NCBI GenBank assembly: GCA_964247055.1
Contig: OZ176053.1
Location: 1,798,001 to 1,862,000, forward strand
Source: Paragordius varius
Taxonomy: Eukaryota > Animalia > Nematomorpha
Direction: 5' to 3'
DNA length: 64,000 bases
Positions 24,136-37,900 of the stretch are shown here, piece by piece (within the stretch, counting starts at the first letter, position 1; each line of letters begins with the position of its first letter). Position numbers and translations under genes: made by a program. The notes below the pieces were generated by a model. The model was not told the DNA's origin and did not search any database. It saw nothing but the letters and a program-made list of their open reading frames with translations.

Positions 24136-27100
24136 TTTGTTCAAAAAAATAAAAATTAGCAGGTTTTCCATATTAAACAAAATAAACGTATTATGGGATT
24201 TTTATAATATATTAAAACTATTGCAAATTTTACCAGTTTTTTTAAAGAGTTGGTTTAAGTTTGGGGGTTTATTTGCAGATTACCCATAACTTTTACTTGC
24301 AAAGCCTAATTTTTTTGATAACTTTCAACTTTTTAACCTAATTTGATGCAAACATCGGCAAAATTCATAATAAATTTATTGATGAAATTTTCATTAGAAT
24401 TTTCCTAAATTTGTCAAATTTTTAATAAATAGGAAAATTAAAATATATAAAATTTTAAATGTTATTATTTAGCATAAAGGATCAGTCCTATTGAGAGATG
24501 AATACCGCGTTCCAATCAATTATTGTGCACCTCGGGGCGAAGGTCTGGATAAAAGTGAATGGATATGTTCACAAGTATAAATCTTTTTTTTATGTTGTTT
24601 TCTAAGAATGTAGTATATAAAACATATTACATTTTGTTTTGTAAAAAGTTTATAAATATATTTAGTTTGAAAATGTATATTGTGATTTTGTCATATATAA
24701 TTCGTAAATTTTTTAAAACAATTTAAAATTTAATTCATTTTTATTACTTTGATCTTTTTTTTGTTTTTTTTATTTTTTACATCATAACCTATATCAAAAG
24801 GACTTTGTAAGTTGCCAATTATAAATCAAATGATGTTTAAAATATTCAAAACATATATTTGTGCCTACAAATTATAATATAAATAAACTGTATTTATAGT
24901 GCGCCATAGCAAACTTCAAAAAACGAGCCAACTGCTTTAAATGTAACCTTAGGAAAGAAGGTTAATTATTTTCAAAAAAAAAAATTGTTTCAAAAATAAT
25001 TTAATTAACTTAAAATTCCTATATAGGTAAAATGTTTAATTTTTTTTATTACCTAATTATAGAATCTGATGCCCAAACTAATCTTGGTAAACTTGGGATT
25101 TCGGAGATGAGTACAAAGCCCAACAAAGGTTTTAATCTATTCTAATTTAAATGCGAATATATAATCATAGCAATAATCATTCATAAATAATTAAATTTTA
25201 TGAAATTTTGATTATTAAAAATGTTTCAACTAAAAAAATACAAATTTAACAAGCTTAATTTTGTGCTTGTAATTGTATAATTATATTAATCACAATCACA
25301 TTTATTCCCTACTTTATAATTAATGATAAAATAATTCTAATTTTTTAATTAACTTTAATTTTGATTATATTATAAATAACGTTTATTTATTCAAATAGTT
25401 TTCGTATTTTTAAAACAATTTTTAAGGGTTTTAAATTTTATTTGAATCAATAAAATTTCAAAATTATATAATGGGTTAGGCGCGCCATGTATCATCTAAA
25501 ATTTGCAAAAATAGCGTAATATGTTATAAAGCTTATGATATATCCGAACAAAACTTGATTTCATTTTAGCCAATGATATAATACCCTTTTATAACTAACT
25601 AACTAACAATAAAAAATAGCATTAACCACATATGGTAAAAATGAATGATATTTTTTAAAAAGGACAAACTTTCATAGCCTAATTTTTTTGTGGTACGTTT
25701 GCAAAATAATTATTAAGGTGTAAAGTGGCAATTATACATTACACAATTGTTATCATATAAGTTAGGTAACAAATCTCAAGGTTTGAAAAAGTATGGCTGC
25801 CTTTACCCCAAAAAATATATTTTTTTTCAGTTTTTACGTTTTATCCTTTATTGTTTACTTTATTGTTTACTTTACTTTTCAAAATGTATAAAATTTTGCC
25901 TACATTTTCTTTCGGTTTTTTGCAGTCCTTTTGATACGCGGTTTTAACCCGCTAACAACGGATGAAACTAAAATAACCGAAGCTATTCGAGTGTATAGTT
26001 ATTGCCCCCTGGTTGATATCCAAATGGGCAGGGATTATACCACAGTGACGGGGAAAATGAGTGAAACTCAAGGTTATTGTTTCGTTGAAATGTTGACGCT
26101 TAAGGATGCGTGTGATTTTATGCGAATTCTAACGCAAAATCCCATCTATGATACGGATGAAAGCATTGCTGGGTAATTTTTTGCCTAATAATATTAACTT
26201 TATAAGAAATAGGTAAAATAGGGGTTCGAGAATGCACTTTTAGAAAATATTATAGGGTTATTAAAATAAAAAAAATTAGAAGAGTTAGCTATTTTTTCTA
26301 AAAAATTCTAAGGAAACATTGTACTTTTTGATTTCAGGTTATAAAAATTATCATGTTTGTTTATAGTCATGATTAGGATAAAAGCATAGCTGGGTATTTT
26401 TTTTATTTTGATTAATTATAAAAAAATTTAATATATAGGGGGGAGGTTTAAATTTTAGTTATAAAGTTAAAAATATATTAACTGGTTATTTCATTATTTA
26501 ATAATAATTCTAAGGAATGATAGATAATAAGGGGGTTGTTTAATTGGTCTTTTAGTATTTATATTTATAATAAATGAAACATATATGTCTTAATCTTTTA
26601 TATAAATGCTAAAATATCTGAAACTTTATTATATTTAATATTAACTATAAGGAAATGTGATAGATAAAAAAGGGGGTAGGGGGTTGTGGCATCGTAAATT
26701 TTTTTAGTCAATAAAATTAAAAAATGGGATTATAGCTGGTTATTTTCTTTTTAATATTACCCCTAGGGTAATGTTTGATTGATAAAAAGGGGATCGTTTA
26801 TTTGGCCTTTTAGGATATATTTAGATTTGAGAATTGCAAAATGTCATGTTTGTTTTTAATGAATGACCCGCGAAATTATAACGGGGTACTTTTTTTTATT
26901 TTATATTGAATAGTAGGAAATGTGTAATTGATATGTAGAAGTGAGGTTGATTGTGCCTTAAAAAATGGTTTATATTACAGAGCTTTACTAATCTTTTTAA
27001 AATTATTTAATGTTTAGAATTTTAAAGCATAAAATGAAATATGGTCTCTTTCGGAAAATAATTAAAAAATTTATATAAATTTTCATTATTTACTTTTTTA

Positions 27101-28823
27101 TTTTAGATAAATTTTAATAAGCCAAAAACATTAAAAAAACAATTCAAATTTTAATTATTTTTTTGACAATTTGAAACACGAATCAAATTTGGGATTTTAA
27201 AAAAATCTCACAAAGTACTAACCCATTTTTTTCAATTTAAATTATTATTTAATATCCAATTCACATTCACAAAGTTTTAATGCTATTTTTTTCCTATATC
27301 CAAATTATTACCCATTTTATTACCAAATATATTACTCTTCTTTTAAGCATTATATCACGTGGGGGAGATGGTGGGACATTCATGAATGGCCCTTTAACTA
27401 TAGGCATGGTGAATGAGACCGAAGAAACCACCGAAGGCGAAATTTTAAATGAAAATAACCGTCGTCGTCGGTCTTTAGTTTGTTTCGCTAAAAGTTCGTC
27501 CGCTAATCTTGCACTTGTTGGGGCAACTGTGGCTCATCAAAGGGACCGATATCATGAGAGTGCAATTGCGGCCCAAAACACGGCCTTGATTGCAAATGGT
27601 ATATATCCAGTTCAAATTCACCCTAAAATAAATTATGTGTTTTTCTAAGATTAAATATTTTTATTTTTTAATATTTTTAAAATATGAATTCCTGTTTAAA
27701 ATTAATGTAATGGTGAAAAAATAATAAACCTAGTTTAAATTCAGCCTTGAATCAAATTTACCTTCGGACAATTGAATTTACCCTAAAAAAATATGTGTTT
27801 TTTGTAAGATTTAATATTTTTAAAATATTAAATTTTGTTTAAAATTAATGTAATGGTAAAATAAAATTAACTAATTATTCATTCATTTATACAGTTTAAA
27901 TTTATCCTTGAATTCAAATTTACCCTTGAACAATTAAATACCCTGTTTTTTCTAAGATTAAATATTTTTATTTTTTAATATTTTTAAAATATGAAATTTT
28001 GTTTAAAATTAATATAATGCTAAAATAAAATAAACTATTTATTCATTCATTCATACAGTTTATACAGTTCATGAATTCAAATTGACCCTCGAACAATTAA
28101 ATTCACCCTGTTTTTTTAGATTAAATATTTTTGTTTTTTTATATTTTTAAAATATGAAATTTTGTTTAAAATTAATGTAATGCTAAAAAAATAATAAACT
28201 ATTCATTCATTCATTGATTCATACAGTTCAAATTCACCCTTAAATTTAAAATTACCCTAAAATACATTATGTGTTTTTTGCTAAGATTAAACATGTTTAA
28301 TATTTAGTATTTAATATTTTTAAAATATGAAATTTTGTGTAAAATTAATGTAATGCTGAAAAAATAATAAACTATGTCGTAAAAATATATCTTATATTAA
28401 GGATGAGTTACATTAGCCCGAAACTTCATCACTTATTTTTAAGGTGAATTTGAATTGTTCAAGGGTGAATTTGGATTGTAAATGGTAAATATATATTTTA
28501 ATCTAATAACGCATTTTTTATTTTTTATTCCCAATAAAAACAGTGAATCCATCCCTATTGCAAAATCATTTAGTTTAACTGGGATGATTATATATATATA
28601 TATATATATATATTATTTGTTTTATTATTGTTTGGTCAATTGTTAATATAGTAGAGCGTATATGATATAAAACAAATTTTGTCCATCATTAAAATTAAAT
28701 TTAATGTTATAAGATAGGAAAAATTATTTAATTTTAACCATGTGTTGAGTTGTTTTTACTCCATATGCTACTGTATTGCAAATTCGCCAAATATAATGTG
28801 AATTGACCAACATTAATGTGCAT

Positions 28824-28854
<31 letters not shown>

Positions 28855-28940
28855 TCTTTGTTAGTTTAAACGCATTTTTTATTACTATTAAAGAAGGGTA
28901 TTTTCATTGCAATTTGATTTAGAGGCTGAAATAACTTTTA

Positions 28941-28975
<35 letters not shown>

Positions 28976-31900
28976 GTAACAGTTGCCAAATTTGCGTTAA
29001 AAATTTGATTTTTTCTAATTTATACAATTTACGATTGAAACAAATTATTTCGTTTGAGTGGGCTTAATGCATTTTTATTTGAAATTTGTTTTGATTGATT
29101 ACTTTGATGACCCTTTTTTTGTTTTAGCTTGGGAAAGATTTAATTAATTCTATCCTAAATTTTTGCAAAAATCCGACCCAATATGTTTAGTTTTAATGGT
29201 TTACTTTTTTGTTTAAATAAGTCTACTTTTATGGGATTTACGGTATTAATTTAAACTTTTTAATGGTATGTCAAATATAAAAATGTTTTTAATGTTGAGA
29301 TATAGATTTTTTATAGTAATTACAACTATAATTTTAAATTTATACCATATCTTAATTGAATCGATATTTCTTTTTTGATAATAAAATATTTTTGTTCACT
29401 AAAAACTAAAGCACAACACGCTAACCGCCTGCTAACAAGCACATCTCAGCTCTCAAAAAGCATTAATGAGAATGATACAAATGCCAATATCTGTGATACA
29501 ACAAACTCCGCTAAAAACTTAAACACTGGCAGTAATAGTAATTTAACTTCAACATTTTTGGGGACAGTTCAAGCTGTGCTTAGTGGAGGACAACATATTT
29601 TACCATTACCTTCGGGGTACGGGACTGAGGAAATTATATATCCTGTACCTGATACTTCGCAATATAGGTAATTACCATTTTTTGTAAATTTAAATAATAT
29701 ATTTTTTATTCATCATTTTTTGATTTCTAAAAGTTAAAATATGATGAGTTTAATTACTTAGAAACTAACCTTAAATATGAGTTAATTGTGCTTATTTAAT
29801 TTTCAATAATTAATTGTAAGATTGCAATATAGGTTGGAACTAATTATATTTTTTTTGGTAAAATTAACATTGATCTACATTGTTTAATTCATATTTTAAA
29901 ATATGATAAGTTTAATTTAATAACTGGCCTAAATTATGAGTTCATTATGCTTATTTAATTTTCAATAAGTAAATTTTGTAACCTCGCAATATAGGTTGGA
30001 ACTAACTATCTTTTTTTGGTAAAATTAGTATCTAATTTTAGTTTAGAATTTATATTTTAAAATCCAATGAGTTTAGAGTTCATTTATTTAATTTTTCAAT
30101 AAGTCAATGTTGTAACTTCGCAATATAGGTAGGTATTTAACTATTCTATTTATCAGTAAAATCAATATACACTTTTAGTTTTGAACAAGATTTTTTATTC
30201 AAATCCAAGGAGTTTAATTAAATACTTAGCCTAATATATGAGATCATTATACTTATTTAATTTTCAATAAGTTAATATCTTTGCAATATGGTTAGGTAGC
30301 TAACTACCTTATTTTTTGTTAAAATTAATATCCACTTTTAGTTTTTATTTCATATTTTATTTAAATATGATGAGTTTAAATAACTGGCATAAAATATGAG
30401 TTCTTTATGCTTATTTAATGTTCAATAAGTAAGTTTTGTAACTTTGCAATATAGGTTGGTAACCCTCCTTGTAAAATATTTATTAGTAAATTTAATATCA
30501 CCTTTCATGTTAGTTTAAAACACATTTTATAATCCGAAGAGTTTAGAGTTCATTTATTTAATCAATCTTCAATAAATAAATTTTGTAACTTCGCAATATA
30601 AGTAGGTATTTGTAAAATATTTATTAGTAAATTTAATATGTCCTTTCATTTCGGTTTAAAACAGATTTTAAAATCCAAAGAGTTTAATTAAATACTTAAC
30701 CTTAAATATGAGTTCATATGTTTATTTAATCTTCAATAAGTAAATTTTGTAACTTCGCAATATAGGTTGGTAACTAACTACTTTATTTTTGGTAAATTTA
30801 ATCTACCTATATTTTAGTTTAAAACAGATTTTAAAATCCGAAGAGTTTTTAATACTTAGCCTAAGATATGAGTTCATTATGCTTATTTATTTTCAATAAG
30901 TAAATTTTGTAACTTCGCAATAAGGTTAGGTAACCTTCCTTGAATATTTCTCAGCAAATTTGTTTTTTATTATCATTTTATTTCAAAATTTAATTTAATA
31001 ACTAGCTATTTATGAGTTAATTATGCATATATAATTTTCAATAAGAAAATTTTGTAACTTTGCAATATGGTTAGGTAACTAACTACCTTATTTTTGGTAA
31101 AATTAACATTGATCTACATTGTTTAATTCATATTTTAAAATATGATAAGTTCAATTTAATAACTAGCAATTTATGAGTAAATTATGCATATATGATTTTC
31201 AATAAGTTAATATTGTAATGCAATATAAATTTTTTTTAATACTTTCCTGTAGGTATTAGCAAAAAATTAGGTGAATTTCCCAACTATAATTATTGAAATG
31301 TATGGTAAAACTTTTAAAAGTATTTAAAACTTACTTTTGGGGGTTTCGTCTTTATCAATTTTTTTCATCATACTTTTTTTTATTCCAGATTAGATCCTCG
31401 TTCCGGTTATTACTATGATCCATCAACTCGTCTCTATTATGATCCCAATACTAAGGTTTTCATTTATTGAAATCTACTGTTTAAATTTATTAAATGCTAT
31501 TTACACTTCAAAAATTACCCTTGAACAATTCAAATTCACCCTCAAACGATTCAAAATTCACCATAAAATAAATTATGTGTATAAGATTGAATATTAGCTA
31601 TATTTTTTTATATTTTTAAAAAAGAAATTTTTGTTTGTAATTTATATAATATTGAAAAAATAATAAACTATTATGCCATGAAGATATTTTATTGTTAATG
31701 ATGAGTTATATATTAGCCCGAAAGCACATAATTTATTTTTAGGGTAATTTGATATGTTATTTGAATTGTATAAGGGTACTTTTAATTGCAAATTGTATAT
31801 TTAATCTGAATTGTATATTTGGACACAATTAAATTTTAAAGCAAATCGATTGTAAAATGCAGCAAAAACTTTAAATAAAAGACAAAACGATAAATTAAAA

Positions 31901-34900
31901 ATTTTTGCCTTATGAGATGCCATTAAAAATGCGTGATTTTATTGTTACGTTTTCATCTACAATATAAATAAGAAAAAAAATAAATTTCAAACAAAACTTT
32001 TTTCTATCATGATTTATTTTTTTGTTGAGTTTAAAATTGCTAATTTTTTGATTTTTTTGCAATTCCAATGAAGGTTTTATAATTTATTTTATGATTTATT
32101 CCTAGTATTATTATAATGGTGAATCTGGAAAGTTTTTGTATTGGTGTGGTGAAAGACGCAATTACTTATTGGTGCCTCCGACAGGTTAATAAAATAAAAA
32201 TATTTTTTTTATTTTCTTTACTACCTTAATCATACATAGATTTTTTAATCTTAATTTTATCATGTCTTATTGATTTGACAGGTAAGATTTTTTGAAACAA
32301 ATAATTTAGATCTAATATTTTAATAATTAATTATAATTTGGGCACCTCTTGAATTTAGGGCAGGTTTTTGTTACACATCAGATTTAGTTGGTAATATTGA
32401 AGCCTATTTCGAATATATATCTTTTTTAAACCACAAATAACGCTTCAAAAGGTCAAGATTTATTATTTAATGTTCATTACGCCTTTGTTAAAATCGAATT
32501 CGATCAAACTTTTTCTCAATTATTTTTTAATTTCAATAAAAAATTAGAATTTTATGAAATATATCTACAGATAAATCACAACAAAACTCTACAGGAACCA
32601 CCACCATTACGGCACAGGCCAATGTTTATAATGATGAAATACCACCCGGTATGCTTAATAATAATGATAATCAACTCTTGACCACCAAAATTTTGTTATC
32701 TCAAGCCAAAAATATTGGACATTCCCTTTCAAAATCTCATGAAATGCTAAATACAAATGTTAACAACAAAGATTCATCAGTTTCTACAGTTATAACTGGT
32801 ACACACAATAATAATAGTAATAATGTTAATACGGTTTCTATAGACGAATCACAGCGGCCAGCTTTGATTAATGCTTATGCTAAACTTAAAAAGGGTAAAA
32901 ATTTGGTTTAAATTGATTTTGAGCTAATTATAAATGTAATTTTAGTATATTGCACATGTAATTTTATATTTGTGTTGATAGTAACAAAAACATATTAAAA
33001 TAAGGTTAAATTAAATACTTTATATATATATACCATTTACAATTCAAATTCACCCTTAAACAATTCAAATTCGCCCTCGAACAATTCAAATTCACCCTTG
33101 AACAATTCAAATTCACCCTCGAACAATTCAAATTCACCCTTAAATAAAATATATGTTTTTTAAGATTAAAAATCAACTATATTTTATATATTTTTAAGAA
33201 ATAAAAATTTTGTTTTAAATGTAAATAATACCGAAAAAATAATAAACTACACCACTAATATATATTTAACATTAATAATGAATTATATTAGTTTGAAAAC
33301 ACATAATATATTTTTAGGGTGAATAATTGTTCAAGGGTGAATTTGAATTGTTCGAGGGTGAATTCGAATCGTTCAAGGGTGAATTTGAATTGTTCAAGGG
33401 TGAATTTAAACTGTAAATGGTATATATATATATATATATATCAACCTTTATCAACCTTTAAGGTTTTTTTCTCCCAACAAGGAGGTAACCCTTCGGATAG
33501 ATTTACGCCATGAGCATCGGTCCTGTGCATCATCAATTTTCAGGTTTAAAATAGCCAGATCGTTTTCCACAATAGAAAGCCAACTTTGTAATGGACGTCC
33601 TTTACGATTTCGCAAACTTGTAGAAAAATTGACCATGCGGTATAGCCAACTTTCATGTGGGCGTCGGTGAACATGTCCCGCAAATCTCAGACGATTTGTG
33701 CGCAAACAGTCGATAAGCGGAGCATTTGTAGGACAGTATATGGATCAAATTTATTATTGTAATTATAGAGGTTTGGGTTTGTAGCATAAAGTATAGTTAA
33801 TTCTCCTTTCCGCTTGTTGTAACTTTAGTGAATTTGTTTTGGTTAAAGCCATCGGTTGCGTAAATTAGAACAGGTCGTATGGTGGTGGTGTACATAGTCG
33901 ATTTGGATTTGAATGAGATGTATTTATTGTTTATTATACTTTTGAGTTGGTGGTATTTTGACCAGGCGTTTTTTATACGGTTATTGATAGTTCAAGGCCC
34001 CCACCAGCGCTTATAATGTCACCCAAATATGTGAAACTTTGTACTGTTTCAAAAGGTTCTTCATTACGTACACTTTGTGGAGGCTTAGTTGGGTTGGGCG
34101 TGGTGCAATTGCTGCATATAAAATCGTGATGTAATTTTAGCGATTTCAACTGAGAGCATTTTTTGTGGACCCATTCTTTACATTTGAGGCATTGGATTGC
34201 GTTGGTTTTGACTTCTTTATTACATATTGAGCAGGGCCATTTAATGGGATTGTATTTATTATTATCGTTCATTAATTTTGTTTTGGATACATAACCTTAA
34301 GTCCAAACATCTCTAGCTTTCCATCTCGCAAGATTTGTGTTTAATTGCACTTCACTGTTTGCCATTAATACCAAGTCGTCAAAGGATGTTGTATGGTAAG
34401 CCTTGGTCTAAGGATTTAGTAATTTCATCCATGATAGTAATAAACAAGAACGGGCATAAGAGCGAGCCTTGGTGCCGCCTGGAGTTAATTGAGAGAGAGT
34501 CGGAGTACCCTACGCTTGTCGCCACCTGAGCTTCGCACTCGGTGTATAATGCCATTATTGATTTAACCATCCATTCGTCAATGCCCTTGTTTCGTAGGGC
34601 CCATGGGATTAGAGTTCGGGGTACCGAATCAAATGCCTTTTCAAGGTCGATGAAGGCATAAAATAAGGGGTTATTTCGAAGGTGTGCTTGTTGAAGTTGT
34701 CTTAAGATGAAAATGGCGTCTGTGGTTCCTTTGTTGGGTAAGAAACCACACTGCATTTCATTTATATCTATCCTATCTTTTAGCTTATTTAATAGAAAAA
34801 GTTCAAAAAGTTTCATACCATGTTCGAGTAATTTTATTGGGCGATAGGAGTCAGGGTTAAGTCTGTCCCCTTTGCCCTTATATAGGGGTATTATTAAGCT

Positions 34901-37900
34901 ATTGTTCCATTCGTTTGGAGTTGTATTGTGGTTAATTATACTATTAAATATATTACACAGTATCGGTGTGCTTAGTTTTGAATCCAAGGCGCTGATCATT
35001 TCTACAGTAAATTCAGAGGGACCGGAGGCTTTATTCCTTTTCATGTAACGAATTCCTTTTTCAATATCAATTTCCGTAAACTGTTCAGCACAACTTAATA
35101 CAGGGGTAGAACATGGTATATAAGCATTACTATCATTACTGTTGAATATTTTGTAGAAATGGTTCCTTCAGGTTTGTTTTATTATGATAGGATCATAGCT
35201 TATAGAGTTATCGGGTAGTTTGATTGCTTGTTTTGATAGAGTAGAAGATGAATCTTTTATTGATTTGTATATGGATTGTGATTTAACCTGGGCATCCATT
35301 TTCAAGCCCTCTTCATGGCCCTTTTTGCTCATCATTTCCCTTATTGTTTTCCTACATTTTTTCTTTTCAATGGAATATTCTAATTTGGATTCAACTGTTT
35401 TTTCGGCTTTCCATTTCTTAAAAAATAACTTTTTCAATCTAATACAATCCTTAATAGCAACGTCCCACCACCATTCGAACTTGATGTTATTTACCTTTTT
35501 ACAGCGTCCTGCTACCTTTTCCAATGAATCAACACATAATTGTCTGAAGGTGCTCCAGTTAATAGAGTCTGAATTAGAGACCTTATCTGATACCAGCTTT
35601 TTATAGGCTTCCACGGTAGATGGATGTTTTAGTTTGTTGTAACGTAGTTTTGATACTGTGTTAACTGGGTGATGTGATAAGGTAATATTAAGATCTGCGA
35701 TTACCAACTTGTGTTGCAATTGCAGATCGGGGATTGTTCTAATATTTGTAAAAGTGTTTTTTAAAGAATAGCTTGACATAATCAAATCGATGGCAGTGCT
35801 TGATTTGCCTGAAACATAAGTGGAATATTTAGATGTGTCCTTTTTAAAGAAGGTATTAATTATTGTTAAATTGTTATTTGTTGCAAAGTCAAGAATACAT
35901 TTACCATTTTCATTAAGGGAATTAAGATTGAATCCTCCGTGTACATTTGGGATAGGCAAATTGCCGATATGACCATTAAGGTCTCCAGAAAGAATTAATT
36001 TTTCATTTTCAGGGATTCCATTTGAAATTTGATATAGAGTTGACCAAAACGCATCGGATACTTCAGAGATTATACCAGAGACCGGTGCGTATAATGAGAA
36101 TATATTGTAGATATAATTATTGATTTTTATTTTTACGAACATAATACGCTCGTTAATATAATGAGTTGAAATAATATTAGATTTTAAACTTTGCGCGATA
36201 AAAATGGCGACTCCCGCCTTTTTTCTTTTGTCTGAGTTACCACACCAAATTAAATGAAAATTTCCAACAGTTTTGGTACCTTGCCCTTTCCATTTGATTT
36301 CCTGAATAGAACATATATCCACTTTTCTTTCATAAAGTTTAGAGGCTATTTCTTCTGATCTCGCTGCCAGTGTATTAACATTCCAAGTCGCTATCCGGAA
36401 TTTCGATTTTTCACCAAATTTTTTCCGCGATGGCATTCCTTTCCGCAACCTCCCCAACGGGAGGAAGAAGGTGGGGAAAAAAATAAGTTCAAATAGATTT
36501 AAAAGTTTACAGCTGTTTAAACGAACTTTACAGCTGTTTTAAAAAATATTTTGATCTGGCAAAATTTTAATTATATACATATGTATATAATTAAAATTTT
36601 GCCAGATCAATATTTTTTAATTATCCATTAAAATTGCAAAAAAATTGTCGTTATAGATGACGAAATTAAAGAGACTGGAAATGATATTACCGATTTCATA
36701 GCAAAAGCTTGGAAAGATTCAAAAGACAATAACACTGGCACCATGCCCATACCCAATCTGCTTGATAAATTGAATTCAAATGCACAAATGATCCTTAAAC
36801 ATAAAGTACTACTTAATTACTAAATAATGATAGCTAAAATTTGCAGACTTTTTCCACTTATTTAATTCTTTTAATGGCATATGCAAAAAAAATTTTGATC
36901 ATCTTTTTAAGCAATAAATAAAATTTTATAACACTGTTTTTATTTTAAAAAACGCATTTTTTGGAAAAAAAAACAATTTTCAAAAAAGGTTTTAATTAAC
37001 GAAAATGTACATTTATACTGCCAATCATTCATTTAAACTCAAGATTTTCATGACTGTAATTACAATTATACCTTTTAAAATATACCATTTAACAAAATCA
37101 CCCTTGAACAATTCAAATAACCCCTCGAACAATTCGAATTCATTCTAAAATAAATTGTTTTTTTTAGATTAAAAATTAGCTATATTTTTTTTATAATTTT
37201 TAAAAATAAAATTTTGTTTAAAATTAAAATAATAAAAATAATAAACTAATCCACAAAGATTTATTTCATATTAATAAGAAGTTATATTAGCCCGAAAACA
37301 CATAATTTACTTTACGGTGAATTTAAATTGTTCGAGAGTGAATTTGAATTGTTGAAGGGTAAATATGAGGTGTTTGAGAATGAATTTGTATTTGTGAATA
37401 GTATATTACACGAATTTGATACTATATAACTAAAGATTTTAACCAAAAATCCACTAAACCATCTTAGATATATACATAATCCACAAATGAAAAACAATAA
37501 AGCGGCAGGACCGTCTGAACTCTCAGCTGACTTATTGAAAAGTATAAAGTTTAAGAGTCCCATTTTAACAACCCTTTTCAACAAAATAATAATCGAGAAT
37601 AAGATCCCATCCGATTGGCAAAATAGTATAACCATTCCAATCTACAAAAATAAAGGAAATAAACTTAATTGCGCGTCATATCGTCCAATTAAACTACTAG
37701 AACATACTATGAAAGTTTTTGAATCAATTTTAGCTCAGAAAATAAGGGACATAGTTAATATTGACAACATGCAGTTTGCCTTCCGTCAAGGCTGCAGCAC
37801 AACAGACCCCATATTTATATTAAGGCGCCTTCAAGAAAACTATCTTTCTAAAGGAAGCCAATTATACCATCTATTTATTGACATGGAGAAAGCGTTCGAT

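Noticed and set aside
35220-35606. Antisense ORFs over LINE, Gypsy and chitinase coding regions (e.g. 35220-35606, 37933-38145, 45947-46744, 52035-52805)
   Set aside because: They are shadow ORFs opposite real coding frames, with no recognisable motifs.
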